Positions 9,096-16,629 of a stretch of 32,000 bases of DNA are shown here, in pieces. The position numbers and the translations under genes are program-made. The DNA comes from Candidatus Saccharimonadota bacterium. GTDB taxonomy: Bacteria; Patescibacteriota; Saccharimonadia; Saccharimonadales; Saccharimonadaceae. Position 1 is the first letter of the stretch. Each line of letters begins with the position of its first letter. Location of the stretch: NCBI RefSeq assembly GCF_025273655.1, contig NZ_CP045921.1:750001-782000 (forward strand), in the 5' to 3' direction. A model generated the notes under the pieces. It was not told where the DNA came from. It searched no databases and saw nothing but the letters and a program-made list of their open reading frames with translations.

Positions 9096-9106
9096 CCTTG
9101 AAATTC

Positions 9107-9112
9107 AGTATA
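9107..9112 (-). promoter_or_regulatory. -10 box TATACT, 11 nt upstream of the pgl ATG
   Basis: The minus strand reads gagTATACTgaatttcaaggATG. Confidence 0.4.
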
Positions 9113-9140
9113 CTCGCTTGTCGATGAGTCTGCAAATGAG

Positions 9141-9803
9141 CTAGTTTTTTATCTCTACTCCAGCCATGATTACATCGCCAATTACGTAGAGTACTGGTGC
9201 ATCTTTGGCTGCATCTTGATCCGTCTTGTCTTCGACGCCACCAAGAATAGCCGAGGTTTGGTTACGCACAATCACATTGCGAGGTACGATCAACTCTATT
9301 CCACCCCAAAACGTAAACAATTCGACGGTCGCCTCTTTCTTGATTTTCGCCTTGCGCAGGTCGAGCTTCGTACCACCCATCACAGCAGTAAGTTTACTAC
9401 CCTTGAAGTCGGTCGATGTATTCATCTGTTCACTACCGCCCAGTATGGCCGTCATGTCGTCGCGTTCGGCCTTGCTCACCTTGTGGCCAGGCGAACGACT
9501 AAATACGATAGAAAGCCCAACGACAATCACCACTGCTGGCCAAAATAATTGCCAGGGATCAACATCCACTACATCAAGTTCGCGCAGCTGAAACAGCACA
9601 CCGACACCCGTCACTACAATTGCCCACAAGTAGCTGCGGGTGTCGTTGATAAACATCACTAGTCCAGCCAATATCACAAGCAGAGGCCACCATGTCGCGG
9701 CAAACTCGCCAAATTCGATAACATTTGCACTATCAAGCAAGAAGCCCACGCCTACTGCTACGATTACAAGTCCTGTCACTATACGTACAATTTGTGATTT
9801 CAT
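9141..9803 (-). CDS. LiaF-like cell wall-active antibiotic response protein (DUF2154)
   Basis: It has N-terminal TM helices and a C-terminal beta-rich region (LTAVMGGTKLDLRKAKI...FWGGIELIVP). I trimmed the start to MKSQIV. Confidence 0.6.
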   Translation of the reverse strand: MKSQIVRIVTGLVIVAVGVGFLLDSANVIEFGEFAATWWPLLVILAGLVMFINDTRSYLWAIVVTGVGVLFQLRELDVVDVDPWQLFWPAVVIVVGLSIVFSRSPGHKVSKAERDDMTAILGGSEQMNTSTDFKGSKLTAVMGGTKLDLRKAKIKKEATVELFTFWGGIELIVPRNVIVRNQTSAILGGVEDKTDQDAAKDAPVLYVIGDVIMAGVEIKN

Positions 9804-9809
9804 ACATTC

Positions 9810-9815
9810 ATCATA
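9810..9815 (-). promoter_or_regulatory. -10 box TATGAT, 6 nt upstream of the LiaF-like ATG
   Basis: The minus strand reads gagTATGATgaatgtATG. Confidence 0.35.
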
Positions 9816-9849
9816 CTCTCTTAAGAGTACTCTCGGCAACTCTTTCCGG

Positions 9850-9855
9850 TATACT
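9850..9855 (+). promoter_or_regulatory. -10 box TATACT, 8 nt upstream of the Erm-like ATG
   Basis: The sequence reads cggTATACTagtagcagATG, with no SD. Confidence 0.45.
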
Positions 9856-9863
9856 AGTAGCAG

Positions 9864-10580
9864 ATGAAACGCCTCCACACCAAATCGCAAAACTTCCTCC
9901 GCAGCCCGAGCATTGTAAAAACACTCGTTGGGCACAGCAATATCAAGAGGTCTGACACAGTCTACGACATCGGGGCCGGCAGCGGTATCATATCGTATGT
10001 GCTATCCGATGCATGTCGGCAGGTTGTGGCGGTTGAGCAGGACTCTCGCATGATCACAAAACTCCACGACAACCTGGACGACCTTCATAATGTCACCATC
10101 CAAAAAGGCGATGCACTTACCATCACACTCCCGACCACTCCCTACAAGGTCTTCGCCAACATTCCGTTTCACCTCAGCTCGCCTATCTTGCGTCGTTTCA
10201 CTGAAGCCGAGCGTCCGCCGACCGCGATCTATCTCATCGTCCAGAAGCAATTTGCCGAAAAACTCCTTATTGGCAATGAAAATTTTACCGGCCTCCTAGG
10301 TGTATATATTGCTCCGCACTTCACGACGCGTATCCGCTACAAACTACTGCGCAGTGATTATCGCCCCGCTCCCGCCGTCGATACTGTACTCGTCGAGCTT
10401 CTACGCAGAAACGAGCCGCTCCTGCCGTCTACCGACATGGTAAGCTACCGAGAATTTGTCGAGCGGTGTTTTTCTAGGCAAAAATATTTTGATACACTCA
10501 GCACAGGCAAGCGACCATCACAGCTTTCGCTAGGCGAGTGGCTTGGGCTCTTTGCCCGACACTCAAAAAAGTCCAAGTAG
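9864..10580 (+). CDS. rRNA adenine N6-methyltransferase family protein, Erm-like
   Basis: The 238-aa product is colinear with my recollection of ErmB: SQNFL at residues 8-12, DTVYDIGAGSG, YKVFANIPFHLSS, AIYLIVQKQF, and YRPAPAVDTVLVEL followed by a short C-terminal domain. Confidence 0.75.
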   Translation: MKRLHTKSQNFLRSPSIVKTLVGHSNIKRSDTVYDIGAGSGIISYVLSDACRQVVAVEQDSRMITKLHDNLDDLHNVTIQKGDALTITLPTTPYKVFANIPFHLSSPILRRFTEAERPPTAIYLIVQKQFAEKLLIGNENFTGLLGVYIAPHFTTRIRYKLLRSDYRPAPAVDTVLVELLRRNEPLLPSTDMVSYREFVERCFSRQKYFDTLSTGKRPSQLSLGEWLGLFARHSKKSK

Positions 10581-11099
10581 CTTCTTAGCAGTGGTAGAAC
10601 TGCGCATTGTTACCCGTTTGTAGATTGACGTTCCAATCATTTTCGGTACAACGCTTTTGTTATACTCTGCCATGGGCAATGTCCAAAACACCACTTGACC
10701 ATACAATGCCAATTTGTCGACGACCGACGTTTTTTTCGTCAGCTCGGCAATTACTTCCTGCGCAGTCGTCGGAGGTATCACAAATAGTGCGTCATTGCGC
10801 GTCTTGTCCGTACCATTTGCCCACCATGTAGGCGCATGCCGTAGGGCATCTTCGTAGTCGGCCTGTGCTATCACAGTCACGACTACGGCAAACCCGAACC
10901 TCTTCTCTATCATAGCTTCACACTGCTCGACCAATTCTATCAAGTCAGTTTTGTCACTGTCAAAAAATATATTACCACTATTGATATAGGTCGATACGCG
11001 CGTAAACCCAGCCTCTTCGAAGCAAGCACGTAGTTCACTCATGGCCACTTTGTTATTGCCGCCGACATTGATGCCGCGTAGCAGTGCAAGATACGTCAT
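10563..11099 (-). CDS. DUF1697 domain protein
   Basis: It has the typical N-terminus MTYLALLRGINVGGNNKVAMSELR. I trimmed the start from the 208-aa track ORF. Its 3' end overlaps the Erm-like gene by 18 nt. Confidence 0.75.
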   Translation of the reverse strand: MTYLALLRGINVGGNNKVAMSELRACFEEAGFTRVSTYINSGNIFFDSDKTDLIELVEQCEAMIEKRFGFAVVVTVIAQADYEDALRHAPTWWANGTDKTRNDALFVIPPTTAQEVIAELTKKTSVVDKLALYGQVVFWTLPMAEYNKSVVPKMIGTSIYKRVTMRSSTTAKKLLGLF

Positions 11100-11105
11100 A
11101 GCTAT

Positions 11106-11111
11106 ATTATA
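11106..11111 (-). promoter_or_regulatory. -10 box TATAAT, 6 nt upstream of the DUF1697 ATG
   Basis: The minus strand reads gcaTATAATatagctATG. Confidence 0.45.
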
Positions 11112-11120
11112 TGCTATAAT
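11112..11120 (+). promoter_or_regulatory. Extended -10 (TGcTATAAT) facing the 58-aa sORF
   Basis: It lies back-to-back with the DUF1697 -10 box. It would give a leader of about 110 nt. A nearer CATAAC-like element at about 11207 is an alternative. Confidence 0.35.
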
Positions 11121-11236
11121 TTCGTGTAGTGCATAAGCCCAGCCTGTCCGCGAGCCTACTGATGGGGAACAACTCGTTTCTGGCACCACATACTTGCATC
11201 GGAACTTTTATTACATAACACTATAGGAGTTTTCTG

Positions 11237-11413
11237 ATGGCAGACAAACTAACCGCCGAAGAAAAAAAGAAGTACGAGCGAGACTGGTACGAACTCAGCC
11301 ACAAGAACTGGCGTGCCTGGGGCAGCTGGTTTAGCTGGGGTTCACCTGTCGGCCTTGGCCTATTCTTCATCGAAATCGCTGGAGCGATTTGGATCATAGC
11401 GCAGGTCTTCTGA
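11237..11413 (+). CDS. Hypothetical 58-aa Trp-rich, C-terminally membrane-anchored protein (below the ORF-track cutoff)
   Basis: The product is MADKLTAEEKKKYERDWYELSHKNWRAWGSWFSWGSPVGLGLFFIEIAGAIWIIAQVF. An SD (taggag) lies 7 nt upstream, and a perfect terminator follows immediately. Confidence 0.5.
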   Translation: MADKLTAEEKKKYERDWYELSHKNWRAWGSWFSWGSPVGLGLFFIEIAGAIWIIAQVF

Positions 11414-11420
11414 CTCAAAA

Positions 11421-11449
11421 ACACCCTGCCGCATTGCAGGGTGTTTTTA
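11421..11449. terminator. Bidirectional rho-independent terminator
   Basis: The 9-bp stem is acaccctgc/gcagggtgt with a 6-nt loop. It is flanked by an A-run (5') and a T-run (3'). It sits between the convergent sORF and the PhnB-like gene. Confidence 0.75.
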
Positions 11450-11559
11450 TATTGGTAAGACAAGCCTTTCGTCCAACTAGCACGTACTACAACATCGCCC
11501 CCTGCTGATCTGCTACAACGCATCGGGGCACTTGAATGCTTTTTGTACAAAGAAACTGT

Positions 11560-12462
11560 CTAGTACTCTGCGATGACGATTTTGTGCTGCTGCATCATGG
11601 TTTTGAACGCGCCAGGCCTCTGCATCAACTCGTCGATATTCGCAGGGACGATTTGCCACGATACACCGAACTTGTCTTTGCACCAACCACACTGTTCGGC
11701 CTCTGGCACTGTTGAGAGTATACCCCATAGCTTGTCAATCTCGGCTTGATCTTTACACGCGACAGAAAGTGAGACGCCCTCAGTGAAGTTGAATTTATGC
11801 TCCACACCCCCGTTGTCCATCACGGCCAACCACTGCTCACCTATTCGGAAATCACCATAGGCTATCGAATCTGCTTTGGCAGGACCCATATCTTGTCCAT
11901 AGGTACTCATGTTGCCGACTGCAGCATCGTCAAACAGTGACACATAGAGTTCCGCCGCATAGTGCGCTTGGTTTTGTGATTTGTCAGTAAAAAGTAGCGA
12001 CGGTACTATCGTCGGACGCGGCTCGCCGTCGGGATTCGTGAGTATCAGCTGCCAGCTCACGCCAAATTTATCTTGTATCCAGCCGTAGTGCGGACTAAAC
12101 GGATATTCGCCCAGCTCCATCAGCACCGTTCCGTCATCGCTGAGCTTGCCCCATAGTTCATCGAGCTGCTCCTGCGTCTGTCCACGCGATGGATCGAAGT
12201 TTACAAAAAACGAAATGGACGGATTTGGCGTAAACTCCGGCCCGGCGTTGATCGCGACAAATTCCAGATCGTGCACACGGAACTGAATTGTGAGTACCTT
12301 ACCCGCCAGGTCTTGCTGAAAATCCGCCAAGCCTTCGTCTCTCGACTCCGGATAATTCTCGGTATGCAGTACCTCGAAGTCAGTAAACGCATTTCTGTAA
12401 AAATCCACCATCTCTTCGGCATTGCCGTTGCACCATAGGTTTGGTGTTATTTTTTGTACCAT
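11560..12462 (-). CDS. VOC-superfamily protein with a duplicated PhnB-like ('3-demethylubiquinone-9 3-methyltransferase', PF06983) domain
   Basis: It has two similar halves (KITPNLWCNGNAEE...FGVSWQL and ...VACKDQAEIDKLW...DKFGVSWQIVP). An SD (aaaggaga) precedes the 12462 start. Confidence 0.75.
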   Translation of the reverse strand: MVQKITPNLWCNGNAEEMVDFYRNAFTDFEVLHTENYPESRDEGLADFQQDLAGKVLTIQFRVHDLEFVAINAGPEFTPNPSISFFVNFDPSRGQTQEQLDELWGKLSDDGTVLMELGEYPFSPHYGWIQDKFGVSWQLILTNPDGEPRPTIVPSLLFTDKSQNQAHYAAELYVSLFDDAAVGNMSTYGQDMGPAKADSIAYGDFRIGEQWLAVMDNGGVEHKFNFTEGVSLSVACKDQAEIDKLWGILSTVPEAEQCGWCKDKFGVSWQIVPANIDELMQRPGAFKTMMQQHKIVIAEY

Positions 12463-12463
12463 A

Positions 12464-12742
12464 TTAATTCTCCTTTCCATCTAGTTTCAACGTTACGCTT
12501 GGGTCGCTATGTACCCCACTGCTATTCACATGTTTGTCACTAATCGCTGCCCCGTGTTTGATCACATGCACAAGAGCCATAGCATGTCCACGCCCCAGGT
12601 CATAATCCTCTGCCAACCACTGCACGATTTCACCGGCTTTCGTATTATCGCCGAAGCCTTTTGCATGAGCTTTGTCTATGAATTGCTGTGGCACCAGACC
12701 AGTCTTGGTCTCGATATTGTCCAGGTATGCTTGAAACGACAT
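12464..12742 (-). CDS. DUF4287 domain protein
   Basis: It has the typical N-terminus MSFQAYLDNIETKTGLVPQQFI...GHAMALVHVI. Its stop is 1 nt from the next start. Confidence 0.7.
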   Translation of the reverse strand: MSFQAYLDNIETKTGLVPQQFIDKAHAKGFGDNTKAGEIVQWLAEDYDLGRGHAMALVHVIKHGAAISDKHVNSSGVHSDPSVTLKLDGKEN

Positions 12743-13123
12743 TTACTCCTCCACCAATGCTAAAATATTTCCACTCGGGTCTTCGAACCATGCGATATTT
12801 GGGCCCATGCCCGCATCTTTGCCGCGCAATACTCCGCGACTGTCCTGCTCCGCAGGTAAGTTATCATACCTCAAAAACGTCACGTTTTTTGCCATCAGCT
12901 CATCGATCGCCACATCGATATTGGGTACAACAAGATTAAGCACCGTAAACGTCGCCGGCGTATGATCATCCTTAGGATAAATAAATACTTGGTGGCCATT
13001 CACCTTGAAGCCAATGCCGCCCATGCTGTCTTCGCAAGTAAGCCCGAGCACGTCACTATAAAATGTTTTACACGCCGGTATGTCACTACTCGAATATCCA
13101 CTGAATGCAGCCAACATATTCAT
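12743..13123 (-). CDS. VOC / glyoxalase-bleomycin resistance family protein
   Basis: The 126-aa product has FYSDVLGL and a C-terminal WFEDPSGNILALVE, typical of the glyoxalase fold. Confidence 0.75.
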   Translation of the reverse strand: MNMLAAFSGYSSSDIPACKTFYSDVLGLTCEDSMGGIGFKVNGHQVFIYPKDDHTPATFTVLNLVVPNIDVAIDELMAKNVTFLRYDNLPAEQDSRGVLRGKDAGMGPNIAWFEDPSGNILALVEE

Positions 13124-13533
13124 AATAATTCCTTTGACTTTTCATACGCACTTGCGATCAACTGCTCAAGCGCGCCGAGATCAGCATGGTCAAGGTTTTT
13201 AAGATAGATGCAACCCTTGCCCACTTCATGCTTGCCTACCCTCCCTAAGGCATCTGTGAATTCGGCGGCATCGTATGTAAGATAGAGCGATAGTTTACCT
13301 TTTCGTGGTGCGAAGCCAATCAATGGCCAATCCGCCTCGATGCCGCTTTTTGACTTATAGTGATATTTACCGAAGCCGATGATTTTTCCCCAGAGCATTG
13401 GCGGTTTGCCTGAAACCCGTTCCATCATGCCAACAAGAAGCTGACTATCTCGCTGCTGCGAGTCGTCGAGCGTCGCCAGATAGTCTATCACGCTATCTTG
13501 TGTCGCCACTGTCTTCGGCTCGTACTTTGCCAT
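13120..13533 (-). CDS. DUF1801 (YdhG-like) domain protein
   Basis: The 137-aa product has ...MLWGKIIGFGKYHYKSKSG...GFAPRKGKLSLYL. It overlaps the VOC start by 4 nt. Confidence 0.7.
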   Translation of the reverse strand: MAKYEPKTVATQDSVIDYLATLDDSQQRDSQLLVGMMERVSGKPPMLWGKIIGFGKYHYKSKSGIEADWPLIGFAPRKGKLSLYLTYDAAEFTDALGRVGKHEVGKGCIYLKNLDHADLGALEQLIASAYEKSKELL

Positions 13534-13534
13534 A

Positions 13535-13879
13535 CTAGCCTCCCAGCTTCTGCTTATTAAACTTCACCATACGCTTCACTAGATCAATAGGTAGTGGCTG
13601 GTCAAGTGGAAACTGCACTGAGCCTTTGCCTTGCTTGTATTTCGACAAATCTTCTGCAAATGCTTCGTGACCCTGCGGTGTGGCGTAAAATCCGATATGA
13701 TGTGCAAACCCGCCGAAATACACCAGCGGCTTTTTGTGCAGTTTGTACCCTACGAGCCCATACATAATTCCTTCTTCGGCGTCCGGTGCCCCGGCTCGCA
13801 CGGTCTCTCGAAGCCGCACAAGTCTTGCTTTCACCTCGCCATCGAACTGATTTATATATTCTTCAAATGTATCCGCCAC
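13535..13879 (-). CDS. DUF1801 (YdhG-like) domain protein, short form
   Basis: The 114-aa product has ...GYKLHKKPLVYFGGFAHHIGFYATP. It has a GTG start with SD AAGGAGG 5 nt upstream and a TATACT box about 20 nt upstream. Confidence 0.7.
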   Translation of the reverse strand: MADTFEEYINQFDGEVKARLVRLRETVRAGAPDAEEGIMYGLVGYKLHKKPLVYFGGFAHHIGFYATPQGHEAFAEDLSKYKQGKGSVQFPLDQPLPIDLVKRMVKFNKQKLGG

Positions 13880-13908
13880 GATAGCCTCCTTATATACTTA
13901 GTATACGC

Positions 13909-14166
13909 TTATAGCTGCGTCTGTTCCACTACGGGCAATGCTTCGATGGGAGTATCGAGAATACCTGCAAGTTTATCGATTTTTTGAAATTTACCGTACG
14001 GCACTTGGCTGCCATTCTGACTATAGAGTCGGTAATAATGATCGTAGCTCACCACCTCACCGCGAAAATTTTTGGTGGTGGTCGGTTCGTCGATACGCAC
14101 GATGTACCAGCCGGCATCGAGTTCGGCGACGATGCGTCCAAGCTTGGCGTAGTGATTAAACGTCAT
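13909..14166 (-). CDS. Hypothetical protein (85 aa), no family recognised
   Basis: The ORF sits 3 nt downstream of the DUF2177 stop and is co-oriented within the cluster. I see no recognisable motifs. Confidence 0.45.
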   Translation of the reverse strand: MTFNHYAKLGRIVAELDAGWYIVRIDEPTTTKNFRGEVVSYDHYYRLYSQNGSQVPYGKFQKIDKLAGILDTPIEALPVVEQTQL

Positions 14167-14169
14167 AAT

Positions 14170-14568
14170 CTACGTCAGCGCCCGGATGATGAAAAAAGAT
14201 CCGACCGATACCGCAGCAGTAATGAGCATACCCCAAGCTAGGTCGATGATGACGATTTTGAGCGGGAAATCTTTCATAGTGGCGAGGTTCGTGAGGTCGT
14301 AGGTAGCGTAGGCGACAAGGCCGAAGAGCGCCCCAATGCCCAGTGCATACTGCCACGACTCTTTCGCAAGCGCAGGATTGATGACAAATACCAGCACGCC
14401 GACAACGTAAATGAGATAAAACGCCAATGCCGCACCCATATTTGGTTTGTCGAGCAGCAGCTTGCCCATTTCTGCATAGTATAATTTCTTGGCGATGAAG
14501 CCGAGCCAGATGTAGTCGAGAATACCCATGATACCGCCGACAGCGAGAAGTTTGATAAGAAGTTCCAT
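14170..14568 (-). CDS. DUF2177 family membrane protein
   Basis: The 132-aa product has 4 TM helices and the N-terminus MELLIKLLAVGGIMGILDYIWLGFIAKKLY. Confidence 0.7.
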   Translation of the reverse strand: MELLIKLLAVGGIMGILDYIWLGFIAKKLYYAEMGKLLLDKPNMGAALAFYLIYVVGVLVFVINPALAKESWQYALGIGALFGLVAYATYDLTNLATMKDFPLKIVIIDLAWGMLITAAVSVGSFFIIRALT

Positions 14569-14574
14569 ATTACC

Positions 14575-14580
14575 AGTATA
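14575..14580 (-). promoter_or_regulatory. -10 box TATACT, 6 nt upstream of the DUF2177 ATG
   Basis: The minus strand reads cgtTATACTggtaatATG. Confidence 0.45.
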
Positions 14581-14584
14581 ACGC

Positions 14585-14590
14585 TATACT
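14585..14590 (+). promoter_or_regulatory. -10 box TATACT, 6 nt upstream of the AlkA-like ATG
   Basis: The sequence reads cgcTATACTagaaatATG. The whole divergent intergenic region is 28 nt. Confidence 0.45.
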
Positions 14591-14596
14591 AGAAAT

Positions 14597-15193
14597 ATGA
14601 CACTCACACATGCCGAAGTCAAGCTGGCGCGACTTGATCCATTGCTAGGGGAGTTGATTCATGCACACGGCACGATTCCGCTGCGGCCACCACGAAACTA
14701 CTTCGAAGCACTTGGCAGCTCGATCGTATCACAGCAAATTTCTGTGAAGGCTGCTGCCAAGATTTTTGAACGATTCCGCGAGGCTACCCAACTACTACCA
14801 GAGAACATACTCGCGCTTGACGAAGATGGTTTGCGCGCGGTGGGTCTGAGCGGTCAGAAATCGCGCTATATTCGTGACCTTGCAGCGCACTTTGTCGAAG
14901 ATTCTGCTGTGTTTAATCATCTGGGGAATTTGAGCGACGACGAAGTAATCGTAGAACTTACACGCGTGAAAGGTATCGGTGTGTGGACCGCGCAAATGTT
15001 CCTAATCTTTACCCTACATCGTCCAGATGTCTTCGCACCCGACGATCGCGGCCTGCAACTGGCTGTCGAGAAACTATATGAGCGCATATCTACTCGCGTC
15101 GAGCTCGAAGATTTGGCGCAAAAATGGTCACCTTACCGATCGACCGCCTGTCTCCATTTGTGGCGCTCGCTCGATAATAAACCTACTGCCTAG
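14597..15193 (+). CDS. DNA-3-methyladenine glycosylase II family (HhH-GPD, AlkA-like)
   Basis: The 198-aa product has an HhH motif (LTRVKGIGVWTAQMFLIF) followed by PDVFAPDDRGL with the catalytic Asp region. Confidence 0.8.
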   Translation: MTLTHAEVKLARLDPLLGELIHAHGTIPLRPPRNYFEALGSSIVSQQISVKAAAKIFERFREATQLLPENILALDEDGLRAVGLSGQKSRYIRDLAAHFVEDSAVFNHLGNLSDDEVIVELTRVKGIGVWTAQMFLIFTLHRPDVFAPDDRGLQLAVEKLYERISTRVELEDLAQKWSPYRSTACLHLWRSLDNKPTA

Positions 15194-15695
15194 CGTTGGG
15201 GTGTTTTTTGAAATATTCGTAACTAATATGGTTATATTCATCAATAGGGTAAATATCAGCACCGTTGTTGTTCCATAATGCAAACTCAGCCACACCAGCT
15301 TGCATGCTAATACGACTACATACTGTGCAATATGGCTCACCGGCATCCGTAAAGTCGCCACATTCATCTACACGCATGAAGTAGAGTCGTGAACCCTCAA
15401 GCTGATCCTTCGATGCGTTGGCGCAAGCGTCAAGTGCCGCATTCCATTCGGCATGCACACAACATGTCTTGTCATATTTCGGCTTTTTATCTTGAGCAAA
15501 ATCCGCTTCACACATACGTTGAGTCTCATCGCCAAGCGGTGGTGCATTAAATCCAGTGCCGAGCACGACTCCGCTTCTCGACACGATTGCCGACCCACAT
15601 TTAGCCCTGAGGCAAGTTGCCCTACGAGCCTCGAATGCGGCTTCTTCGAAATGCTCGCGAATTGATTCTAGTGTAGCACCCTCTACGCGCTTCAT
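15183..15695 (-). CDS. Cytidine/deoxycytidylate deaminase family protein (ComEB/dCMP deaminase-like)
   Basis: It has the Zn motifs CVHAE and YCTVC. Its start overlaps the trhO stop (ATGA), and its 3' end overlaps the AlkA-like gene by 11 nt. Confidence 0.75.
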   Translation of the reverse strand: MKRVEGATLESIREHFEEAAFEARRATCLRAKCGSAIVSRSGVVLGTGFNAPPLGDETQRMCEADFAQDKKPKYDKTCCVHAEWNAALDACANASKDQLEGSRLYFMRVDECGDFTDAGEPYCTVCSRISMQAGVAEFALWNNNGADIYPIDEYNHISYEYFKKHPNARQ

Positions 15696-16609
15696 GCATT
15701 TACCGAGGCGCCAAGTTTAGCCTCGTGCTTATAGCGACACTCGTCGGTGTGAAACAGCAGGTTTGGATTTTGCTTGCACTGCAAGCAAATCAACACGAGA
15801 TCATTGCATTCCATATGCGCACAGTTTTCAAAATTATTCGTCGGGCCACCACAGTGTGTACACTCACCAATCGTCTTGGCATGGTCGCTGAAATCAACCG
15901 TCATGCGATTGTCAAACACGCGCAAGCTACCTTCCCATAGGCCATCGTCTCCGTATGACTCGCCGTATTTGACGATACCGCCGTCGATTTGATAGACATC
16001 GGTGAAGCCGCGCTTTTTCATCATGGCAGAAATCGCTTCGCAGCGGATACCGCCCGTACAGTACGTGATTACTTTTTTGTTTTTGATATCGTCGTATTTG
16101 TCGCTTTCGAGCTCAGCGATGAAGTCGCGTGAGGTATTAGTATTTGGTACCACCGCGTTTTTGAACTTGCCAATTTTGGCTTCGTGCGCATTGCGACCAT
16201 CAAAAAAGACTACATCGTCGCCATGCTTCTCGACCATCTCGTGCACCTCACGCGGCTTGATGTGTATACCGCCGCCGATCACACCGTTTTCGTCTACGTC
16301 GAATTCGTCGTCGCTATTTTGAAATCCAACCAGCTCGCGGCGAGCTTTGACGCTCATGCGCGGAAAGTCTTCACGTCCACCGTCGCTCCATTTGAACACT
16401 ATGTCTTTGAAGCCAGCGAACTTCTTCGTCTCTTTGATGTATTTCTTGAGATCCTCTACTTCACCGCCCACAGTGCCGTTGAGCCCCTGCGTGCTCACAA
16501 GGATACGACCACGCAGATTTAGACTGTCGGTCAGTGTCTTTTGCCAAAGTTTCACCGCTTCCGGATCGGTAATAGGTGTAAATTTATAGTAGAGAAGTAT
16601 CTTTTGCAT
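15692..16609 (-). CDS. trhO: Rhodanese-domain tRNA uridine(34) hydroxylase (YceA/TrhO family)
   Basis: It has the N-terminus ILLYYKFTPI, a rhodanese active-site loop (YCTGGIRCE) and a C-terminal Cys-rich tail. Confidence 0.85.
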   Translation of the reverse strand: MQKILLYYKFTPITDPEAVKLWQKTLTDSLNLRGRILVSTQGLNGTVGGEVEDLKKYIKETKKFAGFKDIVFKWSDGGREDFPRMSVKARRELVGFQNSDDEFDVDENGVIGGGIHIKPREVHEMVEKHGDDVVFFDGRNAHEAKIGKFKNAVVPNTNTSRDFIAELESDKYDDIKNKKVITYCTGGIRCEAISAMMKKRGFTDVYQIDGGIVKYGESYGDDGLWEGSLRVFDNRMTVDFSDHAKTIGECTHCGGPTNNFENCAHMECNDLVLICLQCKQNPNLLFHTDECRYKHEAKLGASVNA

Positions 16610-16617
16610 CGGAGACT

Positions 16618-16626
16618 ATTATACCA
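16618..16626 (-). promoter_or_regulatory. Extended -10 (TGgTATAAT), 8 nt upstream of the trhO ATG
   Basis: The minus strand reads atggTATAATagtctccgATG. Confidence 0.45.
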
Positions 16627-16629
16627 TAA

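Noticed and set aside
9818-9827. 10-bp palindrome ctcttaagag in the LiaF-like/Erm-like divergent region, as a possible operator.
   Set aside because: A 10-bp palindrome needs only 5 matched positions, so roughly 30 are expected by chance in 32 kb. It does not extend further, because the flanks are direct tact repeats and not inverted.
11221-11550. 109-aa minus-strand ORF.
   Set aside because: It is antisense to the SD-led 58-aa sORF and reads through the bidirectional terminator hairpin. It has no SD and a low-complexity product.
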